A DNA stretch of 64,000 nucleotides, taken from Candidatus Saccharimonadota bacterium. GTDB lineage: Bacteria; Patescibacteriota; Saccharimonadia; Saccharimonadales; Saccharimonadaceae. How positions within the stretch are numbered: position 1 is the stretch's first letter; every line of letters begins with the position of its first letter. The position numbers and the translations under genes were made by a program. Of the stretch, positions 47,156 through 57,370 are shown in pieces. Under the pieces are notes generated by a model, which had not been told where the DNA came from, ran no database searches, and was given only the letters and a program-made list of their open reading frames with translations. The stretch covers positions 48 to 64,047 of the forward strand of contig JAPUEH010000009.1 in NCBI GenBank assembly GCA_027492635.1, read 5' to 3'.

Positions 47156-48913
47156 TTATACAGTAACTCGATTTACTTCTTCTAATGTTGTCAGGCCACT
47201 CAGTGCCTTGAGATATCCATCCTGCCGCATCGTCACCATACCCTGGGCGACTGCCGTGCGCTGAATCTCGGCACTCGTCGCCTGTGTAGTAATAAGCTTT
47301 TGTATCTCTTCGGTAATATCCATCACTTCGTACAGTCCTGCGCGACCGCTATAGCCGCCTGGTGTCACCTGGGTATCTTTACCCATCGCAAGATCGTAGC
47401 TTGCTTGATTTGCCAGCGGTAAACTTTCGTGCCCCAAATCTTCGGATACCTGCGCCACTTCTTCTTTTGTTTTTGGTAGCAAATGGCCGATTGTCGAAGT
47501 AATATTTTGTGTCTCAATAGCAGTCGATTGGTAAATATCACGCTTTTTAGCAATACGACGCACAAGACGCTGACCAATCACCGTATTGACTGTACTCGCG
47601 ATTAAGAAAGGCTCAATGCCCATATCCAGAAGACGCGGCAGCACGCCTGCGGCAGAGTTGGTATGCAGGGTGCTAAATACTAAGTGGCCTGTAAGTGCAG
47701 CCTGCACAGCCAAATTTGCTGTCTCGGCATCACGAATCTCACCCACCATCACCACATCTGGATCTTGACGCAGAATAGAGCGCAAACCGTTGGCAAATGT
47801 CAGCCCTACTTCGGCATTGACCTGGATCTGATTCACACCACTCATTTTGTACTCGACAGGATCTTCAAGCGTGACAATGTTGATTGACTCGTCTTTAATC
47901 TCCTTGATAAGCGCGTAGAGGCTTGTTGACTTACCCGAGCCTGTTGGTCCAGAGGTTAACACCATGCCGTTTGGTCGATGAACACCTTTGCGAATTGTTC
48001 GTAGTGCACGCCCTGCATACCCCATCTCTTCAAGATCAAATGTGTTACCTGTTTTGTCCAAGAGACGAATTACTACCTGCTCACCCCATATAACAGGGCT
48101 AATTGCGATACGAAGATCGACCTCTTTGCCCGATACATTAACACCAAACTGACCATCTTGCGGTACGCGATGTTCGTCGATCTTGAGTTCAGACAAAATC
48201 TTAATACGACTCACAAGGGCAGGTTCGATACTTTTAGGTAGCTTCATAACTTCGCGCAGCACACCGTCAATACGAAAACGAATTAGCAGCACAGTCTCAA
48301 GAGGCTCAACATGGATGTCACTGGCACGCGTTTTGATGGCATATTCCAATATTGTGCTAAGGGCACGGCTAATCGGCGAGTCCTGCACAATCGTCTTTAC
48401 ATTTGCTGCTGCCGAGGCCTGATTCTCTGTCTGAGATACCTCAGCTGCGTCATCAACAGCACTGAGGTCGGTGCGGTATTGTTCCAAAATATGTCGCACA
48501 CTTGTTTCCGAGGCCATAAATACCTTGATAGGTCTCTGTATGACATTCGACAGATAGTCGACAGCTTGCACATTGTTGGCATCAATCATCGCTATAGCAA
48601 GACGGTTTTGTACTTCTGCTAGCGGTACTGCCATAAATCGCTCTGCAGTATCCGCACTAAGAAGCGCTAGAACATCCTGGCTAATAATCGTGGAGGTAAG
48701 GTTGACATAGGGTACTCCCGACACGTAAGCAATCGTGTGAGTCAGAAGCTCGTCATCGATAATCTTCTTATCTATCAAAACCGCAACCAACTGCCGATTA
48801 GTCGACTGCGCTTCCTGCTCAGCCTGCTCTATGGTATCACGAGCAACAAGCCCCTCTTCAACAAGGACGTTTTTGAGCTTATCCTGAACATCTGCAGTAA
48901 GAAGAGATGACAC
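47156..48913 (-). CDS. pilB: Type IV pilus assembly ATPase (GspE/PilB family)
   Basis: 585 aa with a T2SSE_N domain, then TSGPTGSGKSTSLYA, VMVGEIRDAETA and FSTLHTNSA. Confidence 0.93.
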   Translation of the reverse strand: MSSLLTADVQDKLKNVLVEEGLVARDTIEQAEQEAQSTNRQLVAVLIDKKIIDDELLTHTIAYVSGVPYVNLTSTIISQDVLALLSADTAERFMAVPLAEVQNRLAIAMIDANNVQAVDYLSNVIQRPIKVFMASETSVRHILEQYRTDLSAVDDAAEVSQTENQASAAANVKTIVQDSPISRALSTILEYAIKTRASDIHVEPLETVLLIRFRIDGVLREVMKLPKSIEPALVSRIKILSELKIDEHRVPQDGQFGVNVSGKEVDLRIAISPVIWGEQVVIRLLDKTGNTFDLEEMGYAGRALRTIRKGVHRPNGMVLTSGPTGSGKSTSLYALIKEIKDESINIVTLEDPVEYKMSGVNQIQVNAEVGLTFANGLRSILRQDPDVVMVGEIRDAETANLAVQAALTGHLVFSTLHTNSAAGVLPRLLDMGIEPFLIASTVNTVIGQRLVRRIAKKRDIYQSTAIETQNITSTIGHLLPKTKEEVAQVSEDLGHESLPLANQASYDLAMGKDTQVTPGGYSGRAGLYEVMDITEEIQKLITTQATSAEIQRTAVAQGMVTMRQDGYLKALSGLTTLEEVNRVTV

Positions 48914-48922
48914 GAATACCCC

Positions 48923-49237
48923 CTAGCCAGCGCTCTGATTAGTAGACTGGCTTTGCTCGCTTGAAGTTGCCGCCGATGTAGACATCTGACAATTGTCATT
49001 TGACGTACCGGAGTCTACAGAGTTCGACTCCACACAGACTTCAATAGTTGGATTGATGGCATCACTGTTAAAAATACGCTTTGACGGCTTCGCAATTTCT
49101 TTTGATATAGGCTTTGCCTGTTCAATCGTGACGGTGCGCTTCACGCTGTTTGCCAAAAACTTTTGTGCAATCGTAAACGTCGCAAACATGCTAAGCGATG
49201 AGATTAAGACGATCATAGCTATTTCTGTTCGTTTCAT
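48923..49237 (-). CDS. Hypothetical membrane-anchored protein in the pilus operon
   Basis: 104 aa with one N-terminal TM helix and a Ser/Thr-rich tail. It lies between the pilO-like gene and pilB. Confidence 0.5.
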   Translation of the reverse strand: MKRTEIAMIVLISSLSMFATFTIAQKFLANSVKRTVTIEQAKPISKEIAKPSKRIFNSDAINPTIEVCVESNSVDSGTSNDNCQMSTSAATSSEQSQSTNQSAG

Positions 49238-49239
49238 AG

Positions 49240-49959
49240 CTAGTCCTCCTTCTTTGTGTTATTTTTCTTTGAGGATTGCGACTGCTTGACAACTTTTTTG
49301 GTCAAATCAAGGCTTGGTTCTGGCAAGTAGTATGCCACACCAGTAATCTGCAGTGACGTATTTGGCGCTGCACTGGTTGCATTAATAGACTTGATATTAA
49401 TAGCCCTTATAGACTTTTCGAGCCGTTGCAAGGCCAGCTTCAGAGCGTTCGCTTCGCCCGATATAGATGCGGTAAATGCCAATTCCTGAAGTCCTCCTTC
49501 TACACTACTCTCCGCAACAACCTGACCACCGTCCACAGAAGGATCAACCGATAGCGAATCGACAGTCAAGCCGGGAATATCGCTTAGTAGTTTCTGCTGG
49601 AGTGATGCACCAAGCGCAAGACGGTTGTCGTCTGCTGGGAGCGCGTCAAGAATAGACTGCAGCGGTTTGCTGTCATCACGAACACGCACTACTTTCAATT
49701 CAGGATTTGTATTGAGAACGCGCACTTCTGCTTTAAGCTCTGGAATTGCAGCAATATTCTTCTCCAGTTGCTTCACCGTTGTATTTTTGGGCTTCAGGAC
49801 ACTAGTCTCGTTGAATACAATAGTCTGAACAAGCAATACAGACATCACGACGGCCGCAGATACAATACAGGATGCGCCACCAACCCATATCAAGACTGTT
49901 TTACGGGTCTTGGCAATCAGTGTGCGTTTGCGTATTACACCTTCAATATCTCGTTTCAT
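49240..49959 (-). CDS. pilO: PilO-like bitopic pilus alignment protein
   Basis: 239 aa with a short cytoplasmic N-terminus, one TM helix, then coiled-coil and a periplasmic-type domain. It lies directly after pilN. Confidence 0.5.
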   Translation of the reverse strand: MKRDIEGVIRKRTLIAKTRKTVLIWVGGASCIVSAAVVMSVLLVQTIVFNETSVLKPKNTTVKQLEKNIAAIPELKAEVRVLNTNPELKVVRVRDDSKPLQSILDALPADDNRLALGASLQQKLLSDIPGLTVDSLSVDPSVDGGQVVAESSVEGGLQELAFTASISGEANALKLALQRLEKSIRAINIKSINATSAAPNTSLQITGVAYYLPEPSLDLTKKVVKQSQSSKKNNTKKED

Positions 49960-50744
49960 TGCCCTTGCCCTCCGTTTTGCGATGTATCCGCACTTTCAAA
50001 CAATGACTGTGGTAGTCGCTTGTATGAATCCGTTACATTACCCCTATCTATACCTCGTATACGCAAGAAATCATTATTTGCGCTAAACAATTGGTCTGCA
50101 TAAGTAAACGTGAGGCGGAAACTTACGCGCTTGCGTTGATCCTTGTCGGTCTGCGCATAAGCAAGGTCAGACAAGGTTACGTCAGACGCTACAAGTGTAC
50201 TCTGCTCATCTTTTGCTTTTGTAACAGGCTCCTGTTTAAACTCGTTTGGCGGCGTATCTTGATTAGCTTCGACATAGTACATCTTCATACCCTCAATATT
50301 TTTACGAAACACCTCAGCCGCATCAAATCCTCGTTTGTCCGTCTGGACAACCAACGAAATGGTCTTTGCAGATGTATCAATAGTAAACGAGCTGTAGCTT
50401 ACGCTGTTGTCGGTGTCTTTTGCAGCAGCTTCTTCAAGCAGCGCAAAGATACGAGATGACATTATTTTTCCACTATGAGTAGATTGAATGCTCTCAAGCT
50501 GATTTTGGATAGTGACTGTTTTTTCAACATCCTTGATATCGTGAAATTCTTGGTCCAGTTTTTTAATCTTGGCCGTTGCCATGTTTTCTCGCAACAGTTG
50601 GACCCCTATATAGCCCCCAAGCAACACAACAACCACTGCAGATGCTGCCATAGCGATAATCGCAACCGAAATTACACTATTACGATGACGCTGGGCTTTG
50701 ATGAGCTCGAGTTTGACATCAGGAACTAGATTTATCTGTATCAT
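49956..50744 (-). CDS. pilN: PilN-like pilus alignment protein
   Basis: Starts MIQINLVPD (the conserved INLLP PilM-binding motif), followed by a TM helix. 262 aa. Confidence 0.75.
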   Translation of the reverse strand: MIQINLVPDVKLELIKAQRHRNSVISVAIIAMAASAVVVVLLGGYIGVQLLRENMATAKIKKLDQEFHDIKDVEKTVTIQNQLESIQSTHSGKIMSSRIFALLEEAAAKDTDNSVSYSSFTIDTSAKTISLVVQTDKRGFDAAEVFRKNIEGMKMYYVEANQDTPPNEFKQEPVTKAKDEQSTLVASDVTLSDLAYAQTDKDQRKRVSFRLTFTYADQLFSANNDFLRIRGIDRGNVTDSYKRLPQSLFESADTSQNGGQGQ

Positions 50745-51790
50745 TACTCAGCCTCCCTTTGCGCCAAACCTACCGCTGTTGCAAATTCAAACTCAACAGC
50801 TTGAATTTTTTGGCGCTCACTGTCCGACATCACAACCTTGTGCCATGGACTCGTAACTTCTGCACTTAATTCCGTCTTGCTACCAATGTATTCGGATAAC
50901 TGAGGAATCACACCTGCATATCCAGATAGATGAATCTTGCTTAGAGACTCTGTCGCATATTTATTTTGGAAAAACTTTACTGATTTGATAATCTCTGTCA
51001 CAAAGTTGTCCAGTACGCCCTCGACCGCGCGGAACACCTGGCCTTCAAGACGATCCTGTGCCAAGCCAAACTTCACAATAAACTGTGTCGCCTGATCCTC
51101 TTTGATGTTGAGATTTTGCACGATAGCGCTTATAAGCGCCTTCAAGCCCATTGGCAATGTACGAACAAGCACAGGCTTGTCACCGACCGTTACAACAATG
51201 TCCGTTGATGCTTCGCCAATATCAAGTACTATATGCGCGCCTGTCGGCTTATCTGGCAACAGAGAACGTGTCAACGCAATTGGATCGGGCTCGGCAGCAA
51301 CAACATTAAACCCGAGTGAATCAATCGTCTCAACAAGATCTTCGACATATTTTTGCGCTGTACTCGCCAGCAAAACTTCTTCTTTTTTTGCATCATTTGG
51401 AGACGGACCAAGTTTTGCCCAGTCTACCTTCGCATCATCAAGCGGCATTGGGATATATTGATCCGCCTGATACTTCAGCGTGCTCTTCAGCTCAGTGTCG
51501 GACATTGTTGGCACCTCTATGACCGTTGTAAACGTCTTGTTGGACGGCAACCCTACTACAACGTTTTTTGCCTTTATACCAGCCTGCCCGACAGTAGACA
51601 TAATTGCATTACCTAGTTTTTTACGAGCTTCTGGCGAATCGCTCGCGATAATTTTTGCTTCAAGCCCTACATATCCAACGTGATCCAGCTTCCACTGCCC
51701 CTCTGAAGCCTTCGATAGTTGCACTACCCGTACTGATTTTGTGCCGATATCAAGAGCAAAATACTCGCCCATCCCTTTAAATATATTCAT
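50744..51790 (-). CDS. pilM: PilM actin-like ATPase
   Basis: FALDIGTKSVRVVQL ... VLDIGEASTDIVV (ASKHA phosphate motifs). The start is chosen at ATG 51790 because ATG 51802 lies inside the -10 box. Confidence 0.88.
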   Translation of the reverse strand: MNIFKGMGEYFALDIGTKSVRVVQLSKASEGQWKLDHVGYVGLEAKIIASDSPEARKKLGNAIMSTVGQAGIKAKNVVVGLPSNKTFTTVIEVPTMSDTELKSTLKYQADQYIPMPLDDAKVDWAKLGPSPNDAKKEEVLLASTAQKYVEDLVETIDSLGFNVVAAEPDPIALTRSLLPDKPTGAHIVLDIGEASTDIVVTVGDKPVLVRTLPMGLKALISAIVQNLNIKEDQATQFIVKFGLAQDRLEGQVFRAVEGVLDNFVTEIIKSVKFFQNKYATESLSKIHLSGYAGVIPQLSEYIGSKTELSAEVTSPWHKVVMSDSERQKIQAVEFEFATAVGLAQREAE

Positions 51791-51800
51791 GTTGCTTCTC

Positions 51801-51830
51801 ATTATACATAAGCACTATCTGCAATTGCAA
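51801..51830 (-). promoter_or_regulatory. Promoter TTGCAA-N18-TATAAT for pilM and downstream genes
   Basis: The minus strand reads gcTTGCAAttgcagatagtgcttatgTATAATgagaagcaacATG. The ATG lies 11 nt after the -10, giving a near-leaderless mRNA. Confidence 0.6.
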
Positions 51831-51847
51831 GCCTTATCGGATAATCC

Positions 51848-51876
51848 AAAACCCTCGCTTAGCTGCGAGGGTTTTT
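51848..51876. terminator. Bidirectional terminator between the 1115-aa gene and pilM
   Basis: aaaaccctcgc-ttagct-gcgagggttttt. Confidence 0.8.
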
Positions 51877-51903
51877 GGGGCTATGAAGCTTTAGTAAAGA
51901 GGC

Positions 51904-54900
51904 TTAATAGCGTGGCGGCAAGTCGATTGCATTTGTCGTGATAAACTTCTTATTTGCGTTGTCGACATAGTTTGCTGCCCACAGATATGCATCTGGTCGC
52001 AGGTTGAAGTTTTCACCCGGGGTACTCTGGATTGTTGGCGCAGTATTGCTCTGGTCTTTGCCGCCATCACGTCGCAGAAGCATCGTCTTGACCGCAACAG
52101 GACCATTGACAGTTAGTGGCATGTTACACATACCAAGTGCACGCGGCTTGTTCTCCACACTACCACTTGACTGCAACGTATCACATGTGTTGATAGTACC
52201 ACTTGGGTTGATGAGCCATGCATCCACCTGCTGTACGTTGTGATTGATATTGAGCCTATAGCCACCGTTGCCAACTGGAGCAACAACAACCTGTGATATT
52301 TCGCCGACAGAAGGGTAATTTGTTGGTATCTTGATATCTGATCCGATATTGACGCTAGCTCCGTCCTGCGCAAGCAACACGATCGATCGATTAACAGGCA
52401 GTGCAGCACTTGATGTCAGTGTAACCCTGTTATCCGCAAGCCTGTAAACACCGCTCTCTAGACTATTGATGTCGACAGGCTGCAAGTTGCCCGACGCATC
52501 TCGCGCGGCACGAAGCTCTGTTGCCTGGCTACTCATCGAGGTAAACTGACGCGATACACGAGCAAATCCATCGTCAATCTTGTTGTCGCTTGCATCACCT
52601 GAACCACCTGGGTAGTTGCCGTAGTTTGGCAAGCCTGTACCTTCGGTGCGATTGTTTGTAAATGTAAGGTAACCAAGATCATTTTTGCTTGGCACCAAAC
52701 CTGTACGATAGACACCGCCGCTACCAATATTCTTTACAGCGCCAGACGCAATCACACCGTATTCAGCCCAGCTACCATAGGTTCGCAGCTCTTTTGGATC
52801 TTTATCATCCGCTAGGAAATCTTTAACGTTCAGACCTGTATACACACCGCCGTTGACAATCAAGTCACCGCCACGTACCTGCATGCTTGGCTTGTAGCCA
52901 GAGATGATACAGTTTGCGCGAGTAAGGTAGGTCGCATCTGTTGGTGCGGAATAGTCTCCATTGAAGTTCTTCTGAGTGCCATCCCACCAATCTTTACCGT
53001 TAGTCTTAAGGTCATTTGTGTAGCGCGAGTAATACACCGCATAGCAGATTTTAGTACCAGCCGGTGTCTCAGCAGGAATTTTCTCATCTACTTGATAGAG
53101 AGGATCTGTTGTCCTATTGCCCCCGGTCCTGCTACCATTTATACGCAAGTCTTTGCGAGCCACCTCGCCACAGGTATACGCAGCATCTTTATTGTACGAG
53201 CCATCTGGATTAAATGCCGTATTTTGAATGTCCTTGCCTTCGGGTAATGAAACACGGTTATTCGCATTTGTACCATTCTTCGACAGAGGTGATGACGCAG
53301 CACGCGTATCGCCGTCCTGTAGTTTCTGCGCAAAGAACGCACACGGGTCAACACCGCCGTTAACTTCTGGGGCATCATAGTGTGGCACAGAGCCACTCTG
53401 ATCAATTACTTTACTCTTGTCGATGGCATGTGGAATCACTCCTGGTGCCATAACAATTTTATAAACACGAGCCTCTGAGAATGACCGGCCTGTTGCGCCT
53501 GCGTTGTCGTCATATGTTGGTCCACCATCAGAGCTTGTATCTTTACGATACTTACCGTTACTACCGTCACCCTTATTGAACCCATATTTTCGTGTACCAA
53601 TATTTACATTGACTGTCTTGCCATCTGGCGTGCGGCGTGGAGAGTCTCCAATATTAATCTCTGGCTCAACTACATACGGCTCTTTGAGCTTTAGCTTGAG
53701 ATCCGGGTTAAATTGCTGTCCATTTTGAGAGTCATTGTGGCCAAGGCCGCCAATCGCGTACTTAATGTTAATATCTGTCACTTTTGACTTCGTCAAATCA
53801 CTATAATCCACTACACGATTTTCAAGATGGTTTTGCAACTTAATAGTGTTTCGGTCCAGGTTAAACAAAAAGGCAAAACCACTAGTATATGTTTCAAACT
53901 TTGTCGTAAAGGCTGGGAGGCTGCGAATAATCTCACCACTACCCGCCGCTGCACCATCCGCCGCATAGCTTGCTGCCAAAATTGCCGCATTGACCGCAAA
54001 TGAAGACAATCCATCTAGCGCAAGGAGCGGGTTCCAATATTCACGAATCTTGCGAGTATCATGTCCTGTCACCATTGGTGTCACACCACGACCGTAGCAG
54101 TCGAGCATCGCCTTGCCATTTAAGCTACCGCCAAGATACATCGTCATACCAGACGAAGAAGGACCCTTACCATCAAGCAACGTAAAGATTGAGTAGACCC
54201 AGCCTGGCATTGTTACAGGTATGGCAACATTTGGGACAGAGAATGCATACGCCGGCACCTGATTTGTTACATTTGGATAAATATCCTCGTAGCAATTGTC
54301 CGCTGGATTCAGGCCAGCTACACCGTACCTAAACGAAGATATGTCTTTTATGCCTGGAAGTCCCGCTATTACCCCGACAAGATTCTCAATTGCCGTCTCA
54401 GCACCTTCAGCACCAGCCATCGACTGATTAAGGATATTTCGCAGTCCTCCTTCAGTGATCGAACCGCCGTTCAACCCATTAATAAGATCTTTATTCTGGT
54501 TTAGAATATCGTTTGGCGCATTGATGATGCTTGTAAGCATGTTGGCATTTAGCGGTACACCCGTGTTGCCGCCATTCTGTTGCGCAGCACCAAGATCTGT
54601 CAAAGGCCCCGAGATTGCCTGAAACTGCGGAAGGCCGTCCTTTGTAATCAGTGCACTCTGCATATAAATAAACGGATTTGCAATATACGGATTACCTCTA
54701 GAACCGTCAACAGTTCGCACTGGATTTGGACCACCCGCAAGCCATGCAAGCTTACCTACATCGTTTGGCAGTTGCAAGGCAATATACTTAATCATCCACT
54801 GAAGATTTGGCACTGGTGTTACGCGGAAGTTAAAATCTTGAGCATAGCCAACTGACCTACCCTTTAGTGAACCTCGCAAACCAGCATTTGGGCCAGCGGC

Positions 54901-55251
54901 AGAGCCTACAAGATTGTATGCCCTGTACGCAGAGGCACGCAGACCCTGTGCACTAACATCCAATGGATCATAGGTACCCTGATCCCAGTCATATACCGGA
55001 GCATTCACAATTGCATTCACCATACCAAAGTTACCCTGACCGAGTAATCCCGTCACTTTGCTCACCTCACTTAAGGTGCTATAGCAGTAGTCATCTCGCA
55101 CAGACATTGCGTGCCTAGGATATTGGCCCGCAAACGCCGTGCGTTCCATAGCAAATGCCGTCAATGCAGAGCATGCAATGGCCAATGCGGCAATAAGTAT
55201 GGCAGCTGGTATGTTAAACGCGTTGATATATTTTTGCATGTTAGACATCAT
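51904..55251 (-). CDS. Large (1115 aa) secreted/anchored protein of unknown function at the head of the pilus locus
   Basis: The N-terminal signal/anchor is NIPAAILIAALAIACSALTAFA. The rest is Gly/Asn/Thr/Ser-rich and non-repetitive, with no motif I recognise. It overlaps the upstream gene by 11 nt. Confidence 0.75.
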   Translation of the reverse strand: MMSNMQKYINAFNIPAAILIAALAIACSALTAFAMERTAFAGQYPRHAMSVRDDYCYSTLSEVSKVTGLLGQGNFGMVNAIVNAPVYDWDQGTYDPLDVSAQGLRASAYRAYNLVGSAAGPNAGLRGSLKGRSVGYAQDFNFRVTPVPNLQWMIKYIALQLPNDVGKLAWLAGGPNPVRTVDGSRGNPYIANPFIYMQSALITKDGLPQFQAISGPLTDLGAAQQNGGNTGVPLNANMLTSIINAPNDILNQNKDLINGLNGGSITEGGLRNILNQSMAGAEGAETAIENLVGVIAGLPGIKDISSFRYGVAGLNPADNCYEDIYPNVTNQVPAYAFSVPNVAIPVTMPGWVYSIFTLLDGKGPSSSGMTMYLGGSLNGKAMLDCYGRGVTPMVTGHDTRKIREYWNPLLALDGLSSFAVNAAILAASYAADGAAAGSGEIIRSLPAFTTKFETYTSGFAFLFNLDRNTIKLQNHLENRVVDYSDLTKSKVTDINIKYAIGGLGHNDSQNGQQFNPDLKLKLKEPYVVEPEINIGDSPRRTPDGKTVNVNIGTRKYGFNKGDGSNGKYRKDTSSDGGPTYDDNAGATGRSFSEARVYKIVMAPGVIPHAIDKSKVIDQSGSVPHYDAPEVNGGVDPCAFFAQKLQDGDTRAASSPLSKNGTNANNRVSLPEGKDIQNTAFNPDGSYNKDAAYTCGEVARKDLRINGSRTGGNRTTDPLYQVDEKIPAETPAGTKICYAVYYSRYTNDLKTNGKDWWDGTQKNFNGDYSAPTDATYLTRANCIISGYKPSMQVRGGDLIVNGGVYTGLNVKDFLADDKDPKELRTYGSWAEYGVIASGAVKNIGSGGVYRTGLVPSKNDLGYLTFTNNRTEGTGLPNYGNYPGGSGDASDNKIDDGFARVSRQFTSMSSQATELRAARDASGNLQPVDINSLESGVYRLADNRVTLTSSAALPVNRSIVLLAQDGASVNIGSDIKIPTNYPSVGEISQVVVAPVGNGGYRLNINHNVQQVDAWLINPSGTINTCDTLQSSGSVENKPRALGMCNMPLTVNGPVAVKTMLLRRDGGKDQSNTAPTIQSTPGENFNLRPDAYLWAANYVDNANKKFITTNAIDLPPRY

Positions 55252-56107
55252 ATTCCACCACCTTCATTGACTCTTTGTCTCGCTGCACATCACTTGCAAT
55301 CTCCGTTCGCTTTTTTTGCTCAAACAGGATATCTACAAAAAATACGCTGCGACTACCGCTTTCTTTTACTTCTGTCACACCCGTCCCCTTGCCTTTAATC
55401 TGTGCAAGAACATAAGCATCCGACGCCACGCTCCCCGTTGCCGAATCATCATAAATGATTTCACTTGGTATAAACCGAATACCAGATTTTGCGGCAAGAC
55501 CCTGGTCAGCGGTATACTGTGAAACACGGTCAAGCACCTTTGCAGGTTCTTGTTTTTGCTCGGTAATCTGAGAACGGAACTGATTGGCAATAGCTTTTGC
55601 CTGCGTAAGATTCTGCTCTTCGCTACCCGCCACCGCCTGTACGGGTATCTCGTAGACAATCACTCCATAACCCGCTAGCGCTTGCTGCGCAAGACGTGCC
55701 GTGAACGTTTGATTGTATCGTACAAGCTCAATATATACATTACCGTCCGAGTTCTGTTCGCGCACAATGCTACCGTTGTTTTGGGCTATAAACGCATCTG
55801 GCATAGCTATATGATACTTCTCGGCAAGCTGAACATTTTTTTCGTGCTCAATAACAATTTGGCGAACAGTAGCCTCGCTAGCGCCTGACTTTTTTCCCGC
55901 CTCCACATAGGTAGCAAGCTGCGACTCTGTCACCTCGCGGTCACCCACTTTAAATGCCACTGGCTGCACAACATTCGTCGTCTTGAGCAAGAAAAACACA
56001 GCAACCACCAGCACAATCACCGCTGCAGCCAAACTTAACCCTATTATCAACGCACCTCGATTGGACGGCGCCTGCCCCTTTTTATCTTCAGGTGAACTCA
56101 TACTCAT
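55241..56107 (-). CDS. Membrane-anchored SurA_N-like chaperone-type protein
   Basis: 288 aa with one TM helix (ALIIGLSLAAAVIVLVVAVFFLL), then a helical domain resembling SurA/PpiD N-terminal regions. Confidence 0.5.
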   Translation of the reverse strand: MSMSSPEDKKGQAPSNRGALIIGLSLAAAVIVLVVAVFFLLKTTNVVQPVAFKVGDREVTESQLATYVEAGKKSGASEATVRQIVIEHEKNVQLAEKYHIAMPDAFIAQNNGSIVREQNSDGNVYIELVRYNQTFTARLAQQALAGYGVIVYEIPVQAVAGSEEQNLTQAKAIANQFRSQITEQKQEPAKVLDRVSQYTADQGLAAKSGIRFIPSEIIYDDSATGSVASDAYVLAQIKGKGTGVTEVKESGSRSVFFVDILFEQKKRTEIASDVQRDKESMKVVEYDV

Positions 56108-56169
56108 CTACCGATTTATACCCTTACTTGCGTTATCCCTGCCTACGCTTTTATATTAACGTTACTAAC

Positions 56170-56199
56170 AATATAAACTATGCTCATGCTTATTGTCAA
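56170..56199 (-). promoter_or_regulatory. Promoter TTGACA-N18-TATATT for the 288-aa/1115-aa unit
   Basis: The minus strand reads ctcTTTGACAataagcatgagcatagttTATATTgttag. Confidence 0.6.
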
Positions 56200-56287
56200 A
56201 GAGTTTACACTGCTTATCCACAGATACAGTCTTTATGATACCCCACGAGGATTCGCCTACTGTCTTCATCTCTGTTAGAATAATGGT

Positions 56288-57370
56288 ATGAGTTCACTAT
56301 CTATCGGCATCGTCGGCCTGCCAAATGTCGGCAAATCAACCTTATTTAATGCACTGACAAACGCAGAAATTCTGGCAGCCAATTATCCTTTCGCTACTAT
56401 CGAACCGAACACTGGCATCGTACCCGTTCCCGACGCACGGCTTGCTGTGCTTCAGAATATGTACGCGGCCGAAAAAGTTATCCCTGCCTCTGTCACGTTT
56501 GTTGATATCGCGGGACTGGTAGCTGGTGCCAGCAAAGGCGAAGGTTTGGGCAATAAATTCCTAGCCAACATCCGCGAATGTAATGCTATCGTGCACGTCG
56601 TGCGCGCATTTGAATCCGGCGACATCGTGCGCCACGATGAAGGCATCGTCGATCCAAAAAGCGATATCGAAATCATCAACACCGAGTTGATCCTTGCCGA
56701 TATCCAATCCATCGAGACTCGTCTACCCAAGCTCCAAAAAGAAGCCAAATCAAAGCCCGCCGTACGTGAACAAGCCAGCTACCTAGAGTCACTGCTGCGT
56801 CACTTGCAGGCAGGTACGCCGCTATCTGCGCTCCCCTCGCTCGACCACGGACTCATTGCCGACTTACATTTACTCACTGCCAAACCCGTCATTTACCTCT
56901 TTAATGTTGACGAAGCCACCCTCACCGACGAAGCCAAGCGAAAAGTCCTCATCGACCTCGTCGCACCCGCCCGAACAATTTTTGTATGCGCCAAGATTGA
57001 GGAAGAAATCAAAGATTTGCCAGAAGAAGACGCCCTCGAACTGCTCGAAGCCTACGGCGTCAAAGACACCGGCCTCAACCAACTCATCAACGCCGCCTAC
57101 GACACGCTTGGTCTGCAAAGCTACCTGACCGCTGGGCCAAAAGAAGTCCGAGCGTGGACCATTCATCAGGGCGACACCGCCCCACAAGCTGCGGGTGTGA
57201 TTCATACAGATTTTGAGCGTGGTTTCATCGCCGCCCAAATCGTCGACTATAACGACCTTGTCGTCGCTGGCAGCGAGCAAGCTGCCAAACAAGCGGGCAA
57301 AGTACGCACCGAGGGCAAGACGTACGTCATGCAACCAGATGACATTGTTGAGTTTCGATTTAATGTATAG
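56288..57370 (+). CDS. ychF: Redox-regulated ribosome-binding ATPase YchF
   Basis: [38 protein letters not shown] and the C-terminal TGS-like domain. 360 aa. Confidence 0.96.
   Translation: MSSLSIGIVGLPNVGKSTLFNALTNAEILAANYPFATIEPNTGIVPVPDARLAVLQNMYAAEKVIPASVTFVDIAGLVAGASKGEGLGNKFLANIRECNAIVHVVRAFESGDIVRHDEGIVDPKSDIEIINTELILADIQSIETRLPKLQKEAKSKPAVREQASYLESLLRHLQAGTPLSALPSLDHGLIADLHLLTAKPVIYLFNVDEATLTDEAKRKVLIDLVAPARTIFVCAKIEEEIKDLPEEDALELLEAYGVKDTGLNQLINAAYDTLGLQSYLTAGPKEVRAWTIHQGDTAPQAAGVIHTDFERGFIAAQIVDYNDLVVAGSEQAAKQAGKVRTEGKTYVMQPDDIVEFRFNV

Noticed and set aside
56214-56222. Perfect DnaA box TTATCCACA upstream of the pilus-unit promoter
   Set aside because: It is a single copy. A perfect 9-mer on either strand is expected by chance about 0.5 times in 64 kb, so it is not evidence on its own.
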